Source: Candidatus Pacearchaeota archaeon
Lineage (GTDB): Archaea > Nanobdellota > Nanobdellia > Pacearchaeales > UBA284
Assembly (NCBI GenBank): GCA_038895375.1
Contig: JAWANM010000004.1
Span: 1-44,394 of the forward strand
Length of the DNA stretch: 44,394 nt
Reading direction: 5' to 3'
Of this stretch, positions 32,941 to 41,351 are shown piece by piece; the first letter of the stretch is position 1, and each line of letters starts with the position of its first letter. Made by a program: the position numbers and the translations under genes. Under the pieces are notes generated by a model. The model made no database searches. It was not told where the DNA came from and saw only the letters and a program-made list of their open reading frames with translations.

Positions 32941-35571
32941 ATGATAAAGATTATTGAAAAGCCTAGCAAAAGTGAAGAAATAATTGGTTTGCTTGACAAA
33001 GACGTAGAGCAATGGTTCTTTTCAAAATTCAAAGAGTTCAGCTTACCGCAGCTTTATGCGCTTAAACCTATTTTCGAAAGAAAAAATATATTGATTTCAG
33101 CCCCAACAGGAGGTACAAAAACCTTGACTGCTTTTTTGCCAATAATCAACTATCTTGTAGTCTTGGCAAAAAAACAAGAACTTGAAAATAAAGTCTATTG
33201 TGTATATGTTTCTCCTCTTAAAGCACTGAACAATGATATTTTCTTCAACTTGATTACTCCTCTAAAAGAGATAGAAGAGATAGTCAAGAAAAAGCAGAAA
33301 ATGCAAGAAATCAGGATTAAAGTAAGAACAGGAGACACAACGCAGGAAGATAAGCAAAAGATGTTGAAAGAGGCCCCACATATTTTAGTAACAACACCAG
33401 AAACTTTGGCCATAGTATTGTCTAGCAAAAAATTTATTGAAAAACTAAAAGAAGTCGAATTTGTAATTGTTGATGAAATTCATGCTCTTGCCAATAAGAG
33501 AGGAACTCATCTTTCTTTAAGTTTGGAAAGGTTACAGCATGTATCAAAAATTGTTCCTGTAAGAATAGGCTTAAGCGCAACAGTAGCTCCTCTTGAAGAG
33601 ATGGCAAAATTTCTTGTAGGTTTTGAAAAAAAAGGTACAGAATGGAAACCAAGAGATTGCCTTATTGCAGATGTTCAGTTCTTAAAAAAAATGGATCTTA
33701 AAGTATTGTCGCCTTTGAAAGATATGATAGACACGAATGCGAAAGAAATGAAAGAAGGGCTTTATGGATTGCTCGACAAATTAATTCAAGAACATAAAAC
33801 TACTTTAATTTTTACAAATACGAGAAGCGCTACAGAAAGAGTAATCGCTCATCTTAAAGAGATGTTTCCGCATCGTTATGAAGCTTTAGAAGAAAGCATT
33901 GGAGCTCATCATTCTTCTTTAAGTAGAGCGCATAGGTTTTCTATAGAACAAAAACTCAGAGAAGGAAAACTAAAAGCTGTCGTATCTAGCACTTCTCTTG
34001 AATTGGGCATTGATATAGGCTATATAGATCTTGTGATTTTGCTTGGATCGCCTAAAAGTGTTGCCAGAGCGTTGCAAAGAATAGGAAGAGCAGGCCATAG
34101 ATTGCATGAAACAAGCAAAGGAAGATTGATTGTGCTTGACCAAGATGATTTAATAGAATGTGCTGTCTTGCTGAAAGAGGCTTTGGAAAAAAGAATTGAT
34201 AAGGTAGAAGTGCCTAAAAACGCGCTAGATGTTCTTGCACAGCATATTTTCGGCATGGCTATACAACAAAAATGGAACATAAACGAAATGTTTGATTTAA
34301 TCAGAAGAAGCTATTGTTTCAATAGCTTAAGCAAAGAAGACTTTCTTTCGGTTATAAGCTATCTTGCTGGCGAGTATAATCTCGAAGCCAAACAAGTTTA
34401 TGCAAAAATTTGGTACGATCCTGAAACCAAAGAGATAGGTAGAAGAGGCAAACTTGCAAGGATGATTTATATGACAAACATAGGGACAATACCGGAAGAA
34501 AGCTTTGTAAATGTTATTATAGCATCGCCTTCTGATAGGAAAAATGAAAAAGTCGGTGTTATCGATGAAACTTTTCTAGAGCGCTTGAAAAAAGACGATG
34601 TTTTTGTTTTGGGCGGCAATAGATATCAATTTCTCTATGCGCGTGGAATGAATGCTTATGTGAATGCTAGCGTACAAAAACCACCGACAATTCCTTCATG
34701 GATAAGTGAAATGCTTCCTTTGAGCTTTGATCTCGCTTTAGCAATACAACGCTTTCGCGCTTTGATGGAAGAGCTTTTCAAAAAGAAAAAAAGCAAGCAA
34801 GAAATAAAGCAGTTCATTATGAAATACTTGTATGTTGATCAAAACGCTTGTGATGCCATCTATAATTATTTTTATGAACAATTTCATTATGCTGGAATTC
34901 CTCATGAAAAGAAATTGCTTTTAGAGCATTATGTTGATGAGCAAGGTAAAATTTATTATATTTTTCACTCCCTTTATGGAAGACGTGTTAATGACGCTTT
35001 GTCTAGAGCCATCGCTTATATTGCAAGCAGACGTGACGTCGAGCTTGGAATTAATGACAATGGTTTTTTTCTCGCTTCTTTTAGCAAACTACAAGTAGAG
35101 AAAGCTTTGAGAATGCTTGCCGAAAAACCAGAACAATTGCGTTACATTCTCGAAGAAGCTATTGAAAAAACAGAAGTTTTTAGAAGACGTTTTAGGCATT
35201 GCGCTACTAGGGCTTTAATGATTTTACGCTCTTACAAAGGAAAAAGTAAAACCGTTGGAAGACAACAACTAAAATCTGATCTTTTGTATTATGCGATAAA
35301 AAAAATTTCGGAAGATTTTCCTATAATAAGAGAAACGAAAAGAGAAATTCTTGAAGACTTGATGGATTTGAAAAATGCTGAACAAGTTTTGAAATGGATC
35401 AAAGAAGGAAAAATTAAAGTAGAAAGTATAAAAACAGAAGTGCCCAGTCCTTTTGCTTTGAACTTGGTAACGCAAGGCTATGCAGATCTTATGAGAATAG
35501 AAAATAAAATTTTGTTCTTAAAGAGAATGTATGAAAAGATAAGGGAAAAAATAAAAAGAAAAGGCTACTGA
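32941..35571 (+). CDS. lhr: Lhr-type ATP-dependent DEAD/DEAH-box helicase (Lhr core with DEAD-associated C-terminal domain)
   Basis: 876 aa. Motif I APTGGTKT, motif II VDEIH, motif III SAT, motif VI QRIGRAGH, and a long C-terminal Lhr WH/domain-4 region. Confidence 0.9.
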   Translation: MIKIIEKPSKSEEIIGLLDKDVEQWFFSKFKEFSLPQLYALKPIFERKNILISAPTGGTKTLTAFLPIINYLVVLAKKQELENKVYCVYVSPLKALNNDIFFNLITPLKEIEEIVKKKQKMQEIRIKVRTGDTTQEDKQKMLKEAPHILVTTPETLAIVLSSKKFIEKLKEVEFVIVDEIHALANKRGTHLSLSLERLQHVSKIVPVRIGLSATVAPLEEMAKFLVGFEKKGTEWKPRDCLIADVQFLKKMDLKVLSPLKDMIDTNAKEMKEGLYGLLDKLIQEHKTTLIFTNTRSATERVIAHLKEMFPHRYEALEESIGAHHSSLSRAHRFSIEQKLREGKLKAVVSSTSLELGIDIGYIDLVILLGSPKSVARALQRIGRAGHRLHETSKGRLIVLDQDDLIECAVLLKEALEKRIDKVEVPKNALDVLAQHIFGMAIQQKWNINEMFDLIRRSYCFNSLSKEDFLSVISYLAGEYNLEAKQVYAKIWYDPETKEIGRRGKLARMIYMTNIGTIPEESFVNVIIASPSDRKNEKVGVIDETFLERLKKDDVFVLGGNRYQFLYARGMNAYVNASVQKPPTIPSWISEMLPLSFDLALAIQRFRALMEELFKKKKSKQEIKQFIMKYLYVDQNACDAIYNYFYEQFHYAGIPHEKKLLLEHYVDEQGKIYYIFHSLYGRRVNDALSRAIAYIASRRDVELGINDNGFFLASFSKLQVEKALRMLAEKPEQLRYILEEAIEKTEVFRRRFRHCATRALMILRSYKGKSKTVGRQQLKSDLLYYAIKKISEDFPIIRETKREILEDLMDLKNAEQVLKWIKEGKIKVESIKTEVPSPFALNLVTQGYADLMRIENKILFLKRMYEKIREKIKRKGY

Positions 35572-35682
35572 AATAAAATTCATAAGAGCAGGACGTGGCG
35601 ATCGTGTCTACTAACTTTTTTCGTTTGTGATGAGCTTAAAAACAGCGATTAATTTTTTAAATACAAACAGCATAAAAAGTCT

Positions 35683-36639
35683 ATGCAACAAATTGTTTTG
35701 CTTGCGGATCCTGGAAGCGACTCATGGCAGCAGGCTCTCGACATTTTTAATTATTTAAAAAATAAAATTGATGTAAGACTTGTAAAAATCGAAATTAAAA
35801 AATTCAGAAATGGTGAAAAAAAAGTTAAAATTCAAGAAAACGTTAGAAGAAAAATTTGTTTCTTTCTGCATGATTCGAGTAAAAATCCGGAAGAATGGTT
35901 CTTTGAATTGCTAGCTACGTTGCAAGCGCTGAAGAACTCTGGAGCGAGTGAAATTGTTGCGGTTTTACCTTGCTTGCTTTACTCAAGACAAGACAGAAAA
36001 GATGAACCGCGCGTTGCAATAAATGCAAAACTTATTGCCGATTGTATAAGCATGTATGCCGATAGAGTTATTACAATCGACTTGCATGCAGCACAAATAC
36101 AAGGGTTTTATAGCATACCTTTAGATAATTTGTATAGTTTTCCAGTTGTTATAAATTACTTGAAAGAAAAGCATTCTGAGCTGTTGAAGGATCTGGTTAT
36201 TGTAGCTACAGACGCAGGAGCCGCCAAACTTGCTTATTCTTTTTCAAAAAGATTGAATAATTTAGGCATAAAAAGCGATATAGCACTAGGATCAAAGCAA
36301 AGACCAAAAGAAGGAGAAGTTTCGGAAATAAAAATAATAGGTGATGTAAACAATAAGAATGCTTTGATTGTTGATGATATTATCGATTCTGGCAACACGA
36401 TTGTAAAATGTTCTGAAGTTTTGAAAAAAGAGAAAGCTAAAAAGATTTTTGTTTACGCTACTCATGGAATTTTTTCAGAAGGTGCTGAAAAATTCAAAGA
36501 AATAGAAAAAATTTTTACAACAAATACGATGTATAATAAAAATTATGAAAAAGTTGAGGTTATATCGTTAACTAATTTACTTGCAGAAGCCATATATCGT
36601 GAAGCAGTCGGCGAGTCTCTTTCGGAGTTGTTCGAATAA
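35683..36639 (+). CDS. prs: Ribose-phosphate pyrophosphokinase (PRPP synthetase)
   Basis: YSRQDRK, DLHAAQIQGFY, and the PRPP-binding loop VDDIIDSGNT. Confidence 0.9.
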   Translation: MQQIVLLADPGSDSWQQALDIFNYLKNKIDVRLVKIEIKKFRNGEKKVKIQENVRRKICFFLHDSSKNPEEWFFELLATLQALKNSGASEIVAVLPCLLYSRQDRKDEPRVAINAKLIADCISMYADRVITIDLHAAQIQGFYSIPLDNLYSFPVVINYLKEKHSELLKDLVIVATDAGAAKLAYSFSKRLNNLGIKSDIALGSKQRPKEGEVSEIKIIGDVNNKNALIVDDIIDSGNTIVKCSEVLKKEKAKKIFVYATHGIFSEGAEKFKEIEKIFTTNTMYNKNYEKVEVISLTNLLAEAIYREAVGESLSELFE

Positions 36640-36673
36640 TTAAAAATTTAAACAATCTAAGATTTGATTTTTT

Positions 36674-37381
36674 ATGGAAATTTTACCTGGAATTGAAATA
36701 AAAAATAAAGCTTTATGGATCAAGCGAAAAAAAGTTCTAATCATTGCAGACTTGCACATAGGCTATGAACAAGCTCTTGTAGAAGAAGGGATTCTTGTTC
36801 CTAGAACTATGTTCAAAGAAATAAAAAAAGAAATAGAAGAATTGCTGAAACTTAATCCTAAAATTGTTATAATAAACGGCGATCTTAAACACGAATTTTC
36901 AAGCATATCAAAACAAGAGTGGCAAGAAACTCTAGAGCTTCTCGATTTGTTGTTGAAAAAAGCAAAAGTAGTTCTTGTTAAAGGAAATCACGACACTATT
37001 TTAGAACCAATAGCGCGCAAGAAAAATTTGCTTATTAAAGATTTTTATTGCTTTGATGATGTTTGTATTTTACATGGACATAAATTTTTGCTTGATGCAG
37101 AAATTTTTTCAAAAAAAGTTAAGATTTTAATCATTGCGCACGATCATCCTGCCATCTCGCTTTCCGAAGGAATTAAACAAGAAAAGTACAAATGCTTTTT
37201 GTTGGGCAAATACAAAGATAAAAAAGTCATCGTAATGCCTAGCTTCTTGCCATTCCCAGAAGGAGCTGATGTAAAAAAAGAAAAGATGCTTTCTCCTTTT
37301 CTAAAGCATGTAAAAAATTTCGATGTTTTTGTACTAGGTGATAAAGTTTATTATTTCGGAAAAGTAAAAGATATAGAATAG
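36674..37381 (+). CDS. Calcineurin-like metallophosphoesterase (PdeM/MJ0037-like, often linked to Lhr/ligase genes)
   Basis: Motifs ADLHIGYE, NGDLKHEF, KGNHD, LHGH and AHDHP, in the canonical order. Confidence 0.75.
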   Translation: MEILPGIEIKNKALWIKRKKVLIIADLHIGYEQALVEEGILVPRTMFKEIKKEIEELLKLNPKIVIINGDLKHEFSSISKQEWQETLELLDLLLKKAKVVLVKGNHDTILEPIARKKNLLIKDFYCFDDVCILHGHKFLLDAEIFSKKVKILIIAHDHPAISLSEGIKQEKYKCFLLGKYKDKKVIVMPSFLPFPEGADVKKEKMLSPFLKHVKNFDVFVLGDKVYYFGKVKDIE

Positions 37382-37422
37382 AATTGAAAGATATTTAAAA
37401 TAGAAAAGATTTGCTTCTTCAT

Positions 37423-37505
37423 GCCGGGATAGCCTAATTGGTAAGGCGCCAGCCTCGAGAGCTGGTGGGCTTTCGCCCTTGCAGGTTCGAGTCCTGCTCC
37501 CGGCG
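37423..37505 (+). tRNA. tRNA-Ser (anticodon CGA), class II
   Basis: Acceptor GCCGGGA/TCCCGGC with G73. D arm GCCT-AATTGGTA-AGGC, anticodon arm CCAGC-CTCGAGA-GCTGG, variable arm TGGGCTTTCGCCCTT, T arm GCAGG-TTCGAGT-CCTGC. A T5 run follows. Confidence 0.9.
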
Positions 37506-37528
37506 TTTTTATTCAAAAGAAATAGAGT

Positions 37529-37933
37529 TTATTTTTCTTGTTCTTTAATTCGCGGCATTGGCAAATGAAATGGTAAATTGAGTTCTTCTTCGATTTGCAA
37601 AGCTTTAACATTGCACCTTGTAATTATAAAATTAAGGATACTTGTACGAATTTTTTCATCGAGTTTTTTGTTTTTCCATCCTTCTAAAATTGATTTAATT
37701 TTTTTGGGTTCGTCTACGAATATAAGCTCTCCCTCTAAAAGAAGAGAAGCTACTTTTGGTTCGTATTCGACAGAAAAACTAAAAGAGATTTTGATTGCTT
37801 CTTTATTCAAAAGCTCTATTTCTTCTTTTACAATGTCTTCAATATCTATTTTTACATTTATTTTGATTTTTCCTCTGGCTGGCTCTAACTTTTCGGCAAA
37901 AATTTTTTTAAAAGAAAAACCGGCAATAACCAT
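37529..37933 (-). CDS. Hypothetical protein (134 aa); weak SecB-like beta-sheet/helix pattern
   Basis: The ORF is co-oriented with the PRC-barrel gene, 2 nt away. The SecB resemblance is by eye only. Confidence 0.4.
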   Translation of the reverse strand: MVIAGFSFKKIFAEKLEPARGKIKINVKIDIEDIVKEEIELLNKEAIKISFSFSVEYEPKVASLLLEGELIFVDEPKKIKSILEGWKNKKLDEKIRTSILNFIITRCNVKALQIEEELNLPFHLPMPRIKEQEK

Positions 37934-37935
37934 TT

Positions 37936-38193
37936 TTAGCGCATGTCCTCTTCACTAACCACTATGAAGTCACCTATTGCAAGAATTGAAGAAAAAGGTA
38001 TAAGCAACTCGCCTTCTTTACTTTGCTCAAGATTCAGAGATTGTGCATAAGCCGTTGGTGAAGTAATTGCAATATGTATAAGTTCGCCGCTTCTTGTTTC
38101 AAAGGTAATGTTTTTCACTATACCTATTTTCTTACCTTCTTTCGTTACAACAAGCTTGCCTACGATGTCTTTAGACAATCTCTTTTCGTTCAT
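37936..38193 (-). CDS. PRC-barrel domain protein
   Basis: 85 aa. The pattern is GKLVVTKEGKKIGIVKNITFETRSGELIHIAI ... LIPFSSILAIGDFIVV. Confidence 0.6.
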   Translation of the reverse strand: MNEKRLSKDIVGKLVVTKEGKKIGIVKNITFETRSGELIHIAITSPTAYAQSLNLEQSKEGELLIPFSSILAIGDFIVVSEEDMR

Positions 38194-38303
38194 TTTTTTG
38201 ATGTTATTCTTTATTTTACCATGTTTATAAATTTTTCTGTGCTTGAATTCATGTGTTTTCGGTCTGAAATGAAAAGTAAAAGAAAAAGAAATACTGCTCT
38301 TAA

Positions 38304-38523
38304 CCCTGCAACCCCTTTGTTTCTTATGGAAAGATTTATAAAGAAATGCTTTTTGGTGGTTTTTTATTATTTATTTAAAAATTTTTATATACTGTAATGC
38401 ATATAATGAAGTATATAATTTTTTCTTGTGAGCATTTCCATAGGAAAAAAAGCTTTTTCTTTAGTTTCTTTAGAATAACATCATCGTCGATTTTTTGGTG
38501 CAAAGGAAATGAAGGTGGGGAAG
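38304..38523. promoter_or_regulatory. Candidate chromosomal replication origin: two inverted ORB-like elements flanking an AT-rich unwinding region, upstream of orc1/cdc6
   Basis: ORB-like 1 (38304..38333) on the minus strand reads CTTTCCATAAGAAACAAAGGGGTTGCAGGG. ORB-like 2 (38497..38523) on the plus strand reads GGTGCAAAGGAAATGAAGGTGGGGAAG. A mini-ORB-like CATTTCCATAGG lies at 38433..38444. The stretch 38361..38425 is almost pure A/T. Confidence 0.55.
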
Positions 38524-38575
38524 TGTTTACTTTAGGACACAAATCTTTTTAAAGACTCAAGAAAAAGTTTCTAAC

Positions 38576-39814
38576 ATGGCGCAAGAAAAAGAGGAAATTA
38601 AAGACATAGAAGAGATTTTCAATTCTTTCATTAGACAAAGCATTTTTAAGAATAAGATGGCTTTGCAAGCAAACTACACGCCAGAAACAATTCCGCATAG
38701 AGAAAAACAAATTGCTCAAGTGGCTTCTATACTTGCTCCAAGCTTAAGATTGGAAAGACCTAGTAACTTATTTATTTACGGTTTAACAGGTACTGGCAAG
38801 ACTTTGGTTGTCCAATATGTTAGAAACCAGTTGCTTAAGAAAGCAAAAGAGCTCGATGTTCCTTTGCTCATTCCTTATGTAAATTGTAAGCTCAAAAAAG
38901 TAGCAGATACTGAATATAGAATTCTTGCTGAATTGATCAATAAACTAGGTGAAAAAGTTCCGGCAACCGGCTTGCCAACAGATCAACTTTATAGGAAGCT
39001 TATCGAGATAATCGATACGCAAAAGCAAATCGTTATAGTTATTTTTGATGAAATAGATCAAGCAGTTAAAAAAATCGGAGACGAGTTTTTATACAATTTT
39101 ACAAGGATCAATACAGAGCTTACTAAAGCACAGATAACTGTTGTTGGTTTATCGAACGATTTGAAATTTTTAGACACTTTAGATCCTAGGGTTAAGAGCT
39201 CTTTGAGTGAAGAGGAAATTTTATTTCCTCCATACAATGCTTTGCAGCTTCAAGATATTTTAAGACAGAGAGCAAAAGAAGCGTTCAAGCCGAATGTGCT
39301 TGCAGAAGGCGTTATCGAAAAGTGTGCGGCTCTTGCTGCAAGAGAACATGGTGACGCCAGAAGAGCTTTGGATCTGTTGAGAATAGCTGGAGAACTTGTA
39401 GAAAGAGACAATAAAACCATAATAAATTTAGAGTATGTTGATAAAGCTAAAGAAAAGATAGAGACAGATAAACTTTTGCTTGCTGTAGAAACACAACCTA
39501 GACAATTTCAATTAACTTTTCTTGCAATAATTCAATTACTAAAGAAAGTAAAACGCGAAAGAAAAGAAGATAAAGTTTTTACAGGAGACGTTTATAACTT
39601 GTATTGTGAGCTATGCAAAAAAACGAAAACAGAAATATTAACACAAAGAAGGATAAGCGATATTATTGCAGAATTCGACATGCAAGGATTGATTAATGCT
39701 AGAGTTATGAGTAAAGGTCGTTATGGAAGGACACGAGAAATAAGATTGAATTTGCCGGAACCTTTGATAGAAAAGATCAATCAAATTTTACTTAAATCTT
39801 TGAATCAATCATGA
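38576..39814 (+). CDS. cdc6: Orc1/Cdc6 replication initiator
   Basis: 412 aa. PHREKQI, Walker A GLTGTGKT, Walker B IVIFDEID, sensor regions (GDARRALDLLR), and a C-terminal winged helix. Confidence 0.9.
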   Translation: MAQEKEEIKDIEEIFNSFIRQSIFKNKMALQANYTPETIPHREKQIAQVASILAPSLRLERPSNLFIYGLTGTGKTLVVQYVRNQLLKKAKELDVPLLIPYVNCKLKKVADTEYRILAELINKLGEKVPATGLPTDQLYRKLIEIIDTQKQIVIVIFDEIDQAVKKIGDEFLYNFTRINTELTKAQITVVGLSNDLKFLDTLDPRVKSSLSEEEILFPPYNALQLQDILRQRAKEAFKPNVLAEGVIEKCAALAAREHGDARRALDLLRIAGELVERDNKTIINLEYVDKAKEKIETDKLLLAVETQPRQFQLTFLAIIQLLKKVKRERKEDKVFTGDVYNLYCELCKKTKTEILTQRRISDIIAEFDMQGLINARVMSKGRYGRTREIRLNLPEPLIEKINQILLKSLNQS

Positions 39815-41346
39815 TGAAACTCGTTCAAGAATTAATGGCTAAGGGCTATCTTATAGAGTCCGATGTTTTGAAGACAGAATTTTTCAAAGAGATTGAAAAA
39901 ATTGATGAAAACTTGCTTGTTGAGCTTATTTTAGAATCGAAACCACCAAAGATAATAACCAAAGAGTTTTTGCTCAGCAAAATACTTTTTTTTATCGAGA
40001 GGTTGAAAAATTATAAAAATGAAGAAATTTTGAAATTGACTTCTCTTTTGTTGGAGAAGTATCCAAAAGAAGAAAAAAAGCAAGAACCTGCAAAAGAGTT
40101 TTCTTCTAGAGGTGTTGCTATAGTTAAAGAATACAATTTTAAAACAAAAAAACTCGAAGTCGAGGATTTTGTTAATTATTTTAGAGAAAGGTATAAATTT
40201 TTTAAAAGTATTTTACAAGAAAGAAATCTAGAAGGTTTAACGAGTATAGGTAAGATTTTTGGCAATAGAAAAAATATAACGATCATCGGGCTTGTTTATG
40301 AAAAAAGATATACAAAAAATAAAAATATCATTCTTGAACTTGAAGATCTTACCGGAAGAATTAGTGTTATTGTCAATAAAGAAAAAAAAGAGCTTTTCGA
40401 GAAAGCAAGCTCTGTGGTTTTGGACGAGGTTATAGCGGTGACCGGTTCCAGTAGCGGAGAATTGTTTTTTGCCAACGATATTATTTTTCCAGATATTGCT
40501 ATAAACAAATTGAAATATTCTCCAAAGGACGAGTATGCTGTCTTCATTGCAGACTTGCATGTAGGTTCTGACAAGTTTCTCGAAGAGAATTTTTTGAAAT
40601 TCATTTCATGGATAAATGGAGAAATAGGAAACGAAGAGCAGAAAGAAATTGCAAAAAAAGTAAAATATCTTTTTATAGTTGGCGATCTTGTAGACAGCAT
40701 AGGTGTATATCCTACACAGGAGAAAGAATTGAAAATCAAAGATCTTTACGAGCAATACAGATATTGCGCAGAATTGCTTAGAAAAATAAGAAAAGATATT
40801 GCTATAATTATATGTCCTGGAAACCACGATGCTGTAAGGCTTCTCGAGCCACAACCAAAATTCGATCCAGAAATTGCAAAAGAACTTTTTGAACTGGAAA
40901 ATGTTATTCTAACGACAAATCCGGCTTTAGTTAATATAGGAAAAACAGAAAATTTCGAAGGTTTCAATGTTTTGATTTATCATGGCAGATCTTTGGATTA
41001 CTACATGGATCAAGTAGATTGTTTGAGAATGGCAAATGCAAAACTTTCGCCAAGTCTTGTTTTGAATTTTTTACTCAAGAAAAGACATTTAGGACCTAGT
41101 TATGGAAGCACAACTTTTTTGCCGGAAGAGGACGTTCTTGCCTTGAAAACAGTTCCCGACATTGTTGTTACAGCACACATTCATAGAAGCGCGATTTTGA
41201 ATTACAATGGCATTCTTGCTATTTCTTGCTCATGCTTTCAATCCAAGACAGCATATCAAGAAAAACTAGGGCACGAGCCAGATTTTTGTAAAGTCTGTTT
41301 ATTCAACTTGAAAACAAGAAAAATAAATCTGCTGGACTTTGGTTGA
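39811..41346 (+). CDS. polD1: DNA polymerase II (PolD) small subunit DP1
   Basis: 511 aa. OB-fold region, then a calcineurin-like phosphoesterase domain (FIADLHVGS, VGDLVD, PGNHD, YHGRS, TAHIH). Overlaps the cdc6 stop by 4 nt. Confidence 0.9.
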   Translation: MMKLVQELMAKGYLIESDVLKTEFFKEIEKIDENLLVELILESKPPKIITKEFLLSKILFFIERLKNYKNEEILKLTSLLLEKYPKEEKKQEPAKEFSSRGVAIVKEYNFKTKKLEVEDFVNYFRERYKFFKSILQERNLEGLTSIGKIFGNRKNITIIGLVYEKRYTKNKNIILELEDLTGRISVIVNKEKKELFEKASSVVLDEVIAVTGSSSGELFFANDIIFPDIAINKLKYSPKDEYAVFIADLHVGSDKFLEENFLKFISWINGEIGNEEQKEIAKKVKYLFIVGDLVDSIGVYPTQEKELKIKDLYEQYRYCAELLRKIRKDIAIIICPGNHDAVRLLEPQPKFDPEIAKELFELENVILTTNPALVNIGKTENFEGFNVLIYHGRSLDYYMDQVDCLRMANAKLSPSLVLNFLLKKRHLGPSYGSTTFLPEEDVLALKTVPDIVVTAHIHRSAILNYNGILAISCSCFQSKTAYQEKLGHEPDFCKVCLFNLKTRKINLLDFG

Positions 41347-41351
41347 TTAAA

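Larger units (their letters stand above)
28659..32942. mobile_element. Candidate integrated element (integrase, HExxH protein, repeat field, three wHTH proteins) bounded by the 11-bp direct repeat ATATCAAAAAT
   Basis: Identical 11-mers lie at 28659..28669 and 32932..32942. The integrase stop is about 50 nt from the left copy. The gene content is typical of small archaeal plasmids and proviruses. The repeat is short, so the boundaries are tentative. Confidence 0.35.

Noticed and set aside
35627-35633. GTGATGA (C-box-like) in the lhr-prs intergenic region as a C/D box sRNA
   Set aside because: No downstream CUGA D box or C'/D' pair lies within the expected 50-70 nt. It is probably chance.
37334-37516. 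60-aa minus-strand ORF
   Set aside because: It reads straight through tRNA-Ser(CGA) on the antisense strand (…SRTRTCKGESPPALEAGALPIRLS…). It is an artefact.
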